Source of the DNA: Octopus sinensis
Lineage: Eukaryota
Length of the DNA stretch: 64,000 nt
Direction: 5' to 3'
NCBI RefSeq assembly: GCF_006345805.1
Contig: NC_043008.1
Location: 25,296,001-25,360,000 of the forward strand
This document shows, piece by piece, positions 37,560-48,289 of this stretch. A model generated the notes under the pieces. It had not been told where the DNA came from. It searched no databases and was given only the letters and a program-made list of their open reading frames with translations. Position numbers and translations under genes: made by a program. Position 1 is the first letter of the stretch. Each line of letters starts with the position of its first letter.

Positions 37560-38050
37560 AACTAGCTATTTCTGTAGCTATACTGCTCAAAATAATATCA
37601 GTTTGACGTGTATACTCTGCGAACATCTTTGTAAAACATCCACAAGACTAAAGATACACATTACTGAAGTCAGATGTAGAGAGTTTGTTGGAAATGGTGT
37701 GAGTCAACTGTTGTTATCGTTAGGCCTAACTCATCATAAAGTAAATACCACCATGACTGATATCCAAACTACAGTGGAAAAGGCTAGCCACTGGATTTGG
37801 TTAAAAAAGAATGATAAGTGATGGCTAGAAGAATATTGAGCTTTATTTGGTGACCAGTCATTCTAGCAAGTGAGGCCTCATATCAGTGGGGGGTGGGCAG
37901 TGTGTATTGATGTTGTCGAGAGGTCGGCCCTGAAATGGCATGCATTCTCTCCTGATGACCCCATACATTTGCTGGTTTCTGGCATGTGGAGCTCTCGACT
38001 GGTAGCAGTTGCATGTGCAAGTTGTTTGAAGAACATCTACAGTAAATAAC
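37560..38050 (+). mobile_element. HERO-like (R2/NeSL group) non-LTR retrotransposon 3' end
   Basis: ORF 37603-37821 ends EVRCREFVG....LL..LGL...VEKASHWIWLKK, matching the EVGCRGF...AE.AS.W.WLKR RLE-type C-terminus. Confidence 0.7.
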
Positions 38051-38534
38051 AAACATAAAATGAATTATTTTAATGTATGTATATGTGGATAACCAGTTCT
38101 GTATCACAATAATTTTACTAGTCTTGTGTTTGCTTTATAATTTTGTGATGTATTTTTTCAGTCTTTGAGTTTCTTTGAATATTGTTAGCTTTTTATCATT
38201 TCAAGTTGGCTAGAATTGTTTGGTCTTTAGTGAACATCCACACCTCATTTTAAATAGGAGTTTCCATCATCATCATATATGCAGTTCTGAGTTTATCTCA
38301 ATAAATTTTCAATAGGATTCCAAGCAATAATTTATGAAAAAAAAAATGGTTTGCAAAACTTCAAAATATGATTACACATCAATATTCGATTGGTTGCTGA
38401 AGAACATTACTGAAATGCATCACAATTTCATCTGTTGTATATCTGACATGCTCAAAATACGTGATATATTTAGTTATACACACCAAACGTATGAGATGTT
38501 TCCACATCTACATTAAACACACACACACACACAC

Positions 38535-38582
<48 letters not shown>

Positions 38583-38715
38583 AACACACACAAACACACA
38601 TAGATGTTACGTAAATAAGAAAGGTGGATTTTTAATGAAGTTTTAATGCTGATGAATAAAATGAATTATTTTCGTTTTGATATAGCCAGTTTCCAGAGTA
38701 TGGCAAATCCATTAT

Positions 38716-38940
38716 ATGGAAATTAAACTACATTATTTTCCAATTTATGGCTTTGGTATACCCAGAAAGACAGTTGCATGTTATAAAAAAAAAAGTAAGA
38801 AAGAAGTATGCAAGTGGGGAAGAACACCACTTTTAAGTGACAAAAAAGAGCCTGAGGAAATGATTAAATTCTTAATAGAATCCAGGGATAAATGTATTAA
38901 AGAATTAGGGTGGTTGCTGATAGATACACATTTATTATAT
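38716..38940 (+). mobile_element. pogo/Tigger-like transposase N-terminal (HTH-psq/CENP-B) relic
   Basis: FGIPRKTV...KWGRTPLLS...E.EEMIKFL pattern. Confidence 0.5.
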
Positions 38941-39118
38941 ATAAAAAAAAATAATGTATATATAGAAAATAATTGTTATTAAACAAAACCTGTTGTACAA
39001 ACACATATCCTCAGGCACACATCTATGTATGTCTATATGCATGAAGGCATCTACACATGTATATATGTAAACACATATATAGATATGAATATACTCACAT
39101 GCAAGGGTGCATATACCT

Positions 39119-39240
<122 letters not shown>

Positions 39241-39681
39241 ATATATATATATATAACAAACACACACACACATATATATATGCATGTGTGTGTCTGTGTA
39301 ATGTATGTATGAGCATGCATGAATGTATGTACACACACACAAGTTACATATATGCATATGCATACTTGACTTATATATCACTCAGTGTGAAAAGCAGTTT
39401 GACTGAAGCCCAACCATGGATTTACAATACAGAATTGAGGTGAAACATAAACGTTGACCCCGCCATAAGAATACTTGATGTTCCTCACTAATCTAAACAA
39501 TATTGTGTTAGCATGGTGTGCCAACCGAGAGCTTATGAAGTAGTTTTCCCAGATTGAGAATCCCTCACTATTAGTTCTCTCTCTATCTCTCTCTCTCTCT
39601 CTCTTTATATATATATATACATATATATATATATCTTATCTGCTTTCAGCTCACGAGCTGTGGCCATGCTGGGGCACCGCC

Positions 39682-39724
<43 letters not shown>

Positions 39725-40198
39725 AGGAGGTACCCAAAAGAAATCCAAATTTTGCAATATTATTTTATTCATTCAGTTTTACATGTTTACACTTTTATCA
39801 CCTTCAAAAGTATTCTCCATTTGAAGTAATGCATGGTCTAGGTGCATTTTCCACTGTTTGAAGCAGTACAGGAACTTTTGAGAAGTGATGCCTTTTAACG
39901 CCTCTGTAATTTTTTTTTTCACCTCTTCCATATTTGCAAATTCTGTAGCACCAGCTTTCATCCCTAGTGATGATCTTCGAAAAATTGTCCAGATTAACTT
40001 ACAACTGTTCTTTCATTTCATGACATGCATTCAGTCATGAGTGCTTTTGATCATCCATGAGCAAGTGAGGCACAATTTTGCTGCAGCTCTTTTCATTTGC
40101 AATTCCTCACTCAAAATTCATTGCCAGGAGCTCCAGGATACACCAGTCACATCAACAAATCTGTCAACTGTTTGGTGATGGTCCTCCATGATTAGTTC
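39725..40198 (-). mobile_element. Internally deleted mariner relic
   Basis: C-terminal EEVKKKITEALKGIT...CFKQWK (39779-39961) joined to an EELQMKRAAAK segment; TA|AGGAGGTACCCAAAA TIR-like left end. Confidence 0.7.
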
Positions 40199-40204
40199 AT
40201 GATA

Positions 40205-40330
40205 TATATATATACAATGGGCTTCTTTCAATTTCCTTCTACCAAATCCACTCACAAGGCTTTGGTTGGCCTGAACCTGAAACTATGTAGTTGGGAAGCA
40301 AACTTCTTATCATACATCCATACTTGTGCC
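40205..40330 (-). mobile_element. SINE fragment
   Basis: GGGCTTCTTTCAATTTCCTTCTACCAAATCCACTCACAAGGCTTTGGT is shared with the other SINE copies. Confidence 0.7.
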
Positions 40331-40377
40331 ATATACATATACATACAAACATATATATATATATATATATATATATT

Positions 40378-41500
40378 TCGTTTTTGCCTTTGGCTTGCAA
40401 GATTCTTTATGTGAGTTCGTGTCTTGAAGCATGTTCTGTTGTGTCTGAGGAGAGTCATTCTCTTTTAGTGCCTTATAATTTAACACACTCCCCGGTAAAA
40501 TTTCCACTTCTTTTTTATTTTTTCTAAAATTTTGGTTGCGCCTTGCAACATTTTCAATAGTTTTAACTCTGTCTGTTATTCACACTGTATTCTTTTTGTT
40601 TGTTTGTGCGTATGTGTGTGGATTAGTGTGTGTGTGTGTATATATATATGTATATATGTATGTATATGTGTGCATTTGTATGTATTCTGCATATTCATGT
40701 GTTTGTGTTTCCATGTTTGTTTTTATGTATGTGTATGTGTGTGAGTGTGTGTACCTCTGTCTCCTTTGTGTGCATGTCTGAGTGTGTGTGTGTGTGTTTT
40801 GCAACTATGTACTGTGTTTGTATGTATGGAAGTGTATCTCCATATATGTCCTTGTGTGAAGTAAAGTGTGTGTGTATATATGGTCATGTGTTTCAGTCTT
40901 CATTTGTGTATGTGTGTGTATGTATGCTTGTCTGTTCATATAATATATGTACCTATCTGTCTGTATGTTGATCTGTTTACTTTCATGTCCATATGCTTAC
41001 ATACATGTGCATATACATATATATGCATATACCCCCCCACACACACATCTATCTACATAACAGCCCACTAACTATTCTACTCTACCTGTGTAAACTGTGG
41101 GTATGACATCTACTAAGTATATTTCCTATTTAATATTCGGGAAGTTTCATTTATGAGGATGTACTCCTGTATTTGCCTGAGTGTTGGATCCTTTTGGTGC
41201 TTGAATAAGATGTGGATGTCAAGTTGACCCAGGTTGCCTCCATGCTGGTAGAGTATGGGAGGACTATGTTTTGTCGTCATATTGTCTCAATTGTTCATTT
41301 AGTCATTCTGCAATGCTCCTAGATGTCTCCCCTTTCTATGTCATGTTCATGCCTTTACAAGCACTTTCTATGCATCTTTTGATGTAAACTACATTTCTAG
41401 TTCTACAGTAAATTCCAGGGCTAATCCTACCTACCATTCAGTTCTTATTGGTGCATATGGTATTCTTAAATGGGTACGTCCTACATAATTGTGATCTGAT
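40378..41500 (-). mobile_element. 5'-truncated Penelope-like element (GIY-YIG C-terminus plus TG-rich 3' region)
   Basis: Minus-strand translation across frameshifts: CRTRNVVY..CIESAC....KGETSRSIAE.LNE...DPTLRQIQEYILINE. Confidence 0.75.
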
Positions 41501-41549
41501 GGAGTTCCCTGGCTTTTCAACAATCTTAATGTTGAGTTTAGTCAGATCA

Positions 41550-42400
41550 CAACTAGAAGCATTGCGAAACAACTAAATGAACATTTAAGACAATACTACG
41601 ACAAAAAACAGTCTTCCATACTCTACCAACATGCTAAGGATCAGCATGATGGCAACCTGGGTCAACTTGACATCCGCATCTTAAAATAGAATAGTTAGTG
41701 GGCTGTTATGTAGATAGATGTGTGTATGTGTGTGTGTCGGTGTATGCATATATATGTATATGCATATGTATGTAAGCATATGGATATGAAAGTAAACAGA
41801 TAAACATACAGACAGATAGGTACATAGGTTATATGAAAAGACAAGCACACATACTCACACATACACAAATGAAGACTGAAGCACATGACCATATACACAC
41901 ACACTTTACTTCACACAAGGACACATATGGAAACACATGTCCACACATATGTTGATACACATCCATACATACAAACACAGTACATAGTTGCAAAACACAC
42001 ACACACACATACACACACTCAGACATACACACACAAGGAGACAGAGGTACACACACACACACACATACATAAAAATACACAAACACGTGAATAAGAAGAA
42101 TATATACATAAACATGCACACACATAATACATATATACATATGCACACACACTCACACTCATACGTACATTCATACACACACATGCATACATACATGCAT
42201 GTGTATGCACACACATGCACACAAACAAACAAAAAGAATGCAGTGTGAATAACAGACAGAATCAAAATTATTGGAAAGTTTGCAAGATGCAACCAAAATT
42301 TTAGAAAAAAATAAAGAGAAATGAACGGAAATTTTACCGGTGAGTGTGTTAAATTATAAGGCACTAAAAGAGGATGACTCTTCCCAGACACAACAGTAGA
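41550..42400 (+). mobile_element. Inverted partner copy of the same Penelope-like element
   Basis: TRSIAKQLNEHLRQYYDKKQSSILYQHAKDQHDGNLGQLDIRIL, then a 3' region that is the reverse complement of 40434-41080. Confidence 0.8.
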
Positions 42401-42679
42401 TATATATATATATATGTTTACATATGTCTATGCATGTGTAAATACAAATGGATGCATCTATGTACATATGCCACATGGCATGAGTGTATATAGATGAGTG
42501 TGTATGTGCGTGTGTATGTGAGTGTGTACTTGTATGTTGCTGATCTGTTCAATCTGACTCACAGATTTTTTAATTAATTTTTTGTAACCAAACAGTTTGA
42601 AACTTCATATACTTGAATAGGTTTTTTATGAGCAGGAAAAAAAAAGCACTATTTGAGTGTAATCATTACCTGTGCTGTC

Positions 42680-43005
42680 TTACTGGCACTTATACTGGTG
42701 ACATGTGAAAAAACATTTGAGCGAGGTCATTGCTAGTGCAACTGGACTGGCTCCTGTGCAGGTGACACATAAAAAGCACCATTTGAGTGTGGCCATTGCC
42801 AGTACTGCCTGACTGGCCCTCGTGTCGGTGGCACGTAAAAGCATCCACTACACTCTCGGAAGGGCATCCAGCTGAAGAAACTCTGCCAGATCAGATTGGA
42901 GTCTGGTGCAGCCATCTGGTTTGCCAAACCTCAGTTAAATCGTCCAACCCATGTTAGCATGGAAAGCGGACGTTAAATGATGATGATGATGATGATGATG
43001 ATGAT
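42680..43005 (+). mobile_element. RTE 3'-end fragment with (GAT)n tail
   Basis: GCATGGAAAGCGGACGTTAAATGATGATGAT... preceded by degenerate 3' UTR repeat units. Confidence 0.85.
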
Positions 43006-43011
43006 AATATA

Positions 43012-43820
43012 CTCGTGGAATATCTCATGCAGAACACAGTTTACTTTGAACAATTTTGACAAAATTTCATATATTAGAAGTTATTTCATATTAAGGTTGT
43101 CGTGTTTGGGTAATTTAAGCCAATTATTGACATGTATTCAGTTGAAGAAAGCTACTGCTGTTTGCGATAGTAATCAAAGAGGAACAACTTTCGGATCCTC
43201 ACTACTAAATACCACTACTCTATTCTATTTTATTTTTTGTTTACTGCCTGTGTTGCATATTACACAATTTTTTTTTTTTTTGCGGGTAGAGTTCTCGCAT
43301 TGGAGTAACCAGTAAACTTACAGAGGTTTATTGTTGACATGTATGTAATTTCAGCATGCCTTATTTTACAACTATTGTTATTGTTATTATTTTATCTTAC
43401 TATTATCAACAACAAACACATTTCGTCAATATAAAAGTCTTTATTAGATTAAAAATAACATTATGAAGACATGAAGGTAAAACAAAAAAGTATGCTTTGT
43501 TTTCTTCCAGGCTTGCCAGTATGCGGGGAAAGAGTAAGGATTGCAGGGTGCTGATTAGAAAGGAAGAAAGGATAAAGGTGGCATTGTTTTCATTGACATA
43601 CGAATAGAACAGAGTGGTGACATTTAGTAGAGACGACCGGGAAGTTGTTCTTCTTTGATTACTATTGCAAACAGCAGTAGCTTTTTTCAACTGAATACAC
43701 GTCATTGGTTGGCTAAAATTACCCAAATACAACAACTTTAGTATGAAATTACTTCCAAAATGTGAAATTTTGTCAAAACTGTTCAAAGTAAACTGTGTTC
43801 TGGGTGAGAAATTCCACCAG
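43012..43820. mobile_element. Fold-back/MITE-like element with ~220-bp diverged TIRs, TA-flanked
   Basis: TA|CTCGTGGAATATCTCATGCAGAACACAGTTTACTTTGAAC...GTTCAAAGTAAACTGTGTTCTGGGTGAGAAATTCCACCAG|TA; the two mirror ORFs share CIQLKKATAVC.SNQR. Confidence 0.8.
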
Positions 43821-43996
43821 TATACAAAGTTTCAAACTGCTTAGTTAAAAAAGTTAATTAAAACATCTGTACACCAAACTGAACAGATCCTATGTGCCTA
43901 TATAGGTGAGGGTGTGAATCGACAGGATGAGTGATGTGTGCCTGTATATATGTATGTGCATATGTGTGTATATATATATGTGCACATGCACATATG

Positions 43997-44032
<36 letters not shown>

Positions 44033-44123
44033 TGAGTGTATTTTTACCTTGTTAACAATTAACACGGAAAAAATTACACCTGCGTTAAACTCCATTTATT
44101 TATTCATAAATATATATATATAT

Positions 44124-44168
<45 letters not shown>

Positions 44169-44794
44169 CCTGTCTGTCTCTGTATATGCATAAATAGATG
44201 GATGCATTTATGTACTTACACTGAATGGCATGAGTGCATATAAATGAGTGCATATGTGCTAGTGTGTACTTGTATGTGCCTATATTGGCATAGGTGTGAA
44301 TAGGTGTATGTTCTGATATTAATAAGGGCCATAATGTAACTAAGCAGCCATCAAATCTAAGAACGGGAATTACACTCCCACCAAATTTTTGACCAAGCAT
44401 CTATTATGTCACCTGGGAAGGCTCTTTTGCACAGTGCAATGCATCTGATGTCATTACATCATTTTCCACACACTAGGGAGCAGTACAGAAGGCAGCAGAA
44501 ATGATTGTTGTGCTAAATAAAGCTAAATAAAGTTATATTCCATCTTCCATGTCATCTTTAAGTATATGAGAATGAGGATATTTGAACGTAACTGCAGATA
44601 TAATTGGCTGTGCCATTCGCCTTTGTTCGGCTTCGTGTGAATGTTGGCGTTCGACTCAGCAAATTATATTTTTTTGATATACTCTACTCCGAAAATGATT
44701 ATATAAGTAAAATTACACAATCTATTAACGGTGAAACAATTGTATCTATTTTTTCGTTATTTTTCATTTGTCCTGCTCACTTACATTCTTAGCA

Positions 44795-44894
44795 CATTGA
44801 ACTAATTCTTGAGAACAATTCTTTAGTGGTGGATTCTCTTCATGGATCTATATCTAGCGTTAGAGTGACCACATGTGGACTCTCTCTCATTACT

Positions 44895-44895
<1 letters not shown>
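44795..44895. repeat. Diverged solo copy of the terminus of the 46672-47177 element
   Basis: TTCTTGAGAACAATTCTTTAGTGG...GGATCTATATCTAGC...CCACAT aligns with 47097-47165. Confidence 0.65.
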
Positions 44896-44963
<68 letters not shown>

Positions 44964-45349
44964 CAGGGACATGCTGCCTTGGTAGGTAGGGTAGGGAATG
45001 CTTACCGTCAATAAAATAGATCTATGGCAACATTTTCCTCTCATGCCGAAATATGCACATAATTCAATAAAATTATGAAGGTTAGTCTGATTACTATGCT
45101 TAAAATACAAAATGTTTTATTTTTTGTAGATTAAGTAGGCATAATTTGCCCCTGCTTGTTAATCTCACTATTTAAGCTACGCATAGTACTGCTGTAGTAC
45201 ATGTTTGACGTACGTTTCTACAACACCATTTTCTTTATGTGCTATAAAAGCAGAAATAGATCTGCTTTCAACTCAGTCGTGCACCTGTGTTTCACTTATC
45301 TTTTGTGTGTTCTACTACATGGCAGTCACCAACTGCCAACACTGAGTAA

Positions 45350-46095
45350 TTACTGATGGCATGTGCCTGATATATTAAGGGAGACTGTATGATTCCTGTG
45401 TATGAACAGCTATGCTACATGACAGCGAGACATGGGATGTGGCTACTGAGGATATGCAAAGGCTTGAAAGAAATGAAGCCAGAATGAACTGTTTGATGGG
45501 TGAATGTCAATGTGCATGTACAACAGAGTGTAAGTGATGTAATAGAAATATTGGGGACATGAAGTGTCAGATGTAGTGTACAAGAAAGAAGACTGCACTG
45601 GTATGGTTATGTGATTTATATAGATGAGAATGCTGCAATGAGAATTGCTGATCTCTAATTGTGGAGGGAACATGTGGAAGTAGTAGACCCAAAAAGTTGT
45701 GGGATGAAGTGTTGAGAAAGGAACTTCAAGTTTTGTGTTTGAAAGAGATGACAAGAGATTGAGACTTCTGAAGGTTTGCCATGCTTGAGAAGACATGTCA
45801 AACTAACTAATATCATAAACATCCATACACACAGGGATGGCCTCTATGCCACTCTTTCAGCTGAGAGGTCCTAGTCTTGCAGGTTCACGGGTGGTGGTGC
45901 AACACAAAAGTGCCTGTGCCAGGGCCATGTTAAAGCACTCGTGCCAGTATCACATTGAAAGCATCCAGTACACTGTAAAATAATTGGGTTTAGGCAGGGC
46001 ATCCAGCCATGGAAACCATGCCAAACAGAAAATGGAACTAGGATAACTCATTGGCAGACCAGCATAGAGAACAGATGTTAAATGATGATGATGTT
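45350..46095 (+). mobile_element. Decayed RTE 3' portion with tail
   Basis: AGGGAGACTGTATGATTCCTGTGTA...GAAAGAAATGAAGCCAG (RLYD.CV...ERNEA region) through GTTAAATGATGATGATG. Confidence 0.85.
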
Positions 46096-46210
46096 ATAAA
46101 AATATAATATATATTATATTACAATATATATATATATAAATTTAAAATGAGGGTGAGAAATTAGATATTAATTTAATTAACATCGATTTCACACCAGAGG
46201 TCTAGCATAT

Positions 46211-46659
46211 ACTTACTTACTTGTACTTGTGGCGACATTCACCCTAGGCGGGTTGAGTCAGCTTCTTCTACCACCCTCGAGGCATCTCGAACCATGGCAG
46301 CTCATGCCCAACGGTCCTGCGCCAGTCACGGTTCCATCGGCGCAGGCTGCTGTTGCCATTGTATTCGCCATTGAGAATTCATAGGAGAAGTTTCGTGTGG
46401 TCCCCAACAATCCCGCATGTAGAGACATCCTGTTTGCCATAGATTATCCACAGACACAGGGACAGAACGACCTAGGAGCTGTCGGTTGCCGAAACAGACA
46501 CTCCAAGGATTTTCACTGCCGGGTTGTGGCCCTAATACCACTCGGTGTCAGACCAATCCACCGTGGGTGGCCCTACCAGGAACCGAAGTTCCCGATGGCA
46601 TAGCTCTGACACTACCCGTTGCCAGCATCCCCACCACGGTGAGGAGGGGATGGACTTTG
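46211..46659 (-). mobile_element. 449-bp non-autonomous RTE-derived retroelement with 12-bp TSD
   Basis: GGTCTAGCATAT at 46199-46210 and 46660-46671; minus-strand 3' end ...CAAGTACAAGTAAGTAAGT ((TAAG)n-type tail); GC- and CpG-rich compared with the flanks. Confidence 0.8.
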
Positions 46660-46671
46660 GGTCTAGCATAT

Positions 46672-47177
46672 TAGAGGGAAACCACTATGTAGAGACCCTT
46701 ATGCTAGAAATAGATCCGCTATGGTCTTACCACTAAGAAATGTCCTCAAGAAAAATTTACCAAAACAACCAAAACGTAATCGAGCAAGACAAAAGAAAAG
46801 CAATAAAAATATAGATTATTCGCATACATGTTTCACTATTAATATATTACGTAATTTTACTTACATAAATGTTCGTAGATCATCGGTGCGACCGTCCAGA
46901 TGAATATAATTTGCAGGACTGCATACTAGGACGTCCGCACAAAGTCAGCCTTGTAAAACAGTACTACCCATTATACTCATTTATGTAAGTAAAATTACGT
47001 AATATGTTAATAGTGAAACATGTATGCGAATAATCTATATTTTTATTGCTTTTCTTTTGTCTTGCTCGATTACGTTTTGGTTGTTTTGCTAAATTTTTCT
47101 TGAGAACATTTCTTAGTGGTAAGACCATAGCGGATCTATATCTAGCATAAGGGTGTCCACATAGTGGTTTCCCTCTA
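46672..47177. mobile_element. MITE-like element with 200-bp near-perfect TIRs and a 106-bp spacer
   Basis: 46672-46871 vs 46978-47177 reverse complement: 6 substitutions by manual comparison; ends TA-GAGGG...CCCTC-TA. Confidence 0.9.
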
Positions 47178-47180
47178 GTA

Positions 47181-47213
<33 letters not shown>

Positions 47214-47224
47214 GTATATATATA

Positions 47225-47385
47225 TATATACTTTTGGAGTGGTTGGTGTCAGGAAGGGCATCCAGCTGTAGAAACCATGCCAAATCAAATTGGAACTTGG
47301 TGCACCTTCCCAGTTTTCAGTCAAACCATCCAACCCATGCCAGCATGAAAAACAAGCATTAAATGATGATGATGATGATGATAAT
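47225..47385 (+). mobile_element. RTE 3'-tail fragment
   Basis: GGAAGGGCATCCAGCTGTAGAAACC...CCATGCCAGCATG...TTAAATGATGATGATG. Confidence 0.8.
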
Positions 47386-47811
47386 ATATGGGCAGGTGAA
47401 TATTTAGATGCATGACCGAGTGATTAGGCTACAAAAACACGACTGGGTGGTGCATTTTCTTATTGGTTAAAGTAATTAATTTCAAGATACATCAATTCAC
47501 TCAGCTGAAAATTAATTGTGTCTGCTGCAGAGTGGTGCCTTTCAAACCATTCGGCAAAATTTGCAAATGCATGATATCAACTGGATGCATGTAGTACACT
47601 GAAATATTAGTATGTATAGGTGTATATGTATATATGTATATATATATATATCATCATCATCATCGTTTAGCGTCCGCTTTCCATGCTAGCATGGGTTGGA
47701 CGGGTCAACTGGGGTCTGTGAAGCTGGAAGGCTTCGTCAGGCCCAGTCAGATCTGGCAGTGTTTCTACGGCTGGATGCCCTTCCTAACGCCAACCACTCC
47801 GCAAGTGTAGT

Positions 47812-48241
47812 GGGTGTTTTTTACGTGCTACCTGCACAGGTGCCAGACAAAGCTGGCGAACGGCCACGAACGGATGGTGCTTTTACGTGTCACCGGTACG
47901 GGGGCCAGCCGAGGCTGGCAACGGACACGAACGAATGGTGCTTTTACGTGCCACCGACACGGGGCCAGACAGAGCTGGCAAATGGCCACGAACGGATGGT
48001 GCTTTTACGTGCCACCGACACGGGGCCAGACAGAGCTGGCAAACGGCCACGAACGGACGGTGCTTTTACGTGTCACCGGCACGGGGCCAGGCGAGGCTGG
48101 CAACGAACACGAACGGATGGTGCTTTTACGTGCCATCGACACGGGGCCAGGCAGAGCTGGCAAACGGCCACGAGCGAATGGTGCTTTTACGTATCACCGG
48201 CACGGGTGCCAGACGAGGCTGACAGCGGACACGAACGGATG
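47812..48241. repeat. Tandem repeat in the RTE 3' UTR, 7 units of 60-61 bp
   Basis: GGTGCTTTTACGTG(C/T)CACCG recurs at ~47816, 47877, 47937, 47998, 48059, 48119 and 48180. Confidence 0.9.
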
Positions 48242-48289
48242 GGTCACTTAACCCCTGCTTTCTGATATATGATTTGATTTTGATTGTTC

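Noticed and set aside
37925-37965. Hammerhead in the HERO-like 3' UTR (GAAA at 37932, CTGATGA at 37952)
   Set aside because: A type-II arrangement would need the flanks CCCT and CCCC to pair as stem II, which they cannot; no GAAA with a stem follows the core.
46540-46659. HDV-like ribozyme at the 5' end of the RTE-derived mini-element
   Set aside because: I found nested hairpins but could not build the P1/P1.1/P2/P3 double pseudoknot or place a catalytic C.
47812-48241. CRISPR-like appearance of the 60-bp repeat array and the three ORFs over it (47696-48265)
   Set aside because: The units are contiguous with no unique spacers, there are no cas genes, and the array lies in the RTE 3' UTR; the ORFs are antisense by-products of a stop-poor repeat.
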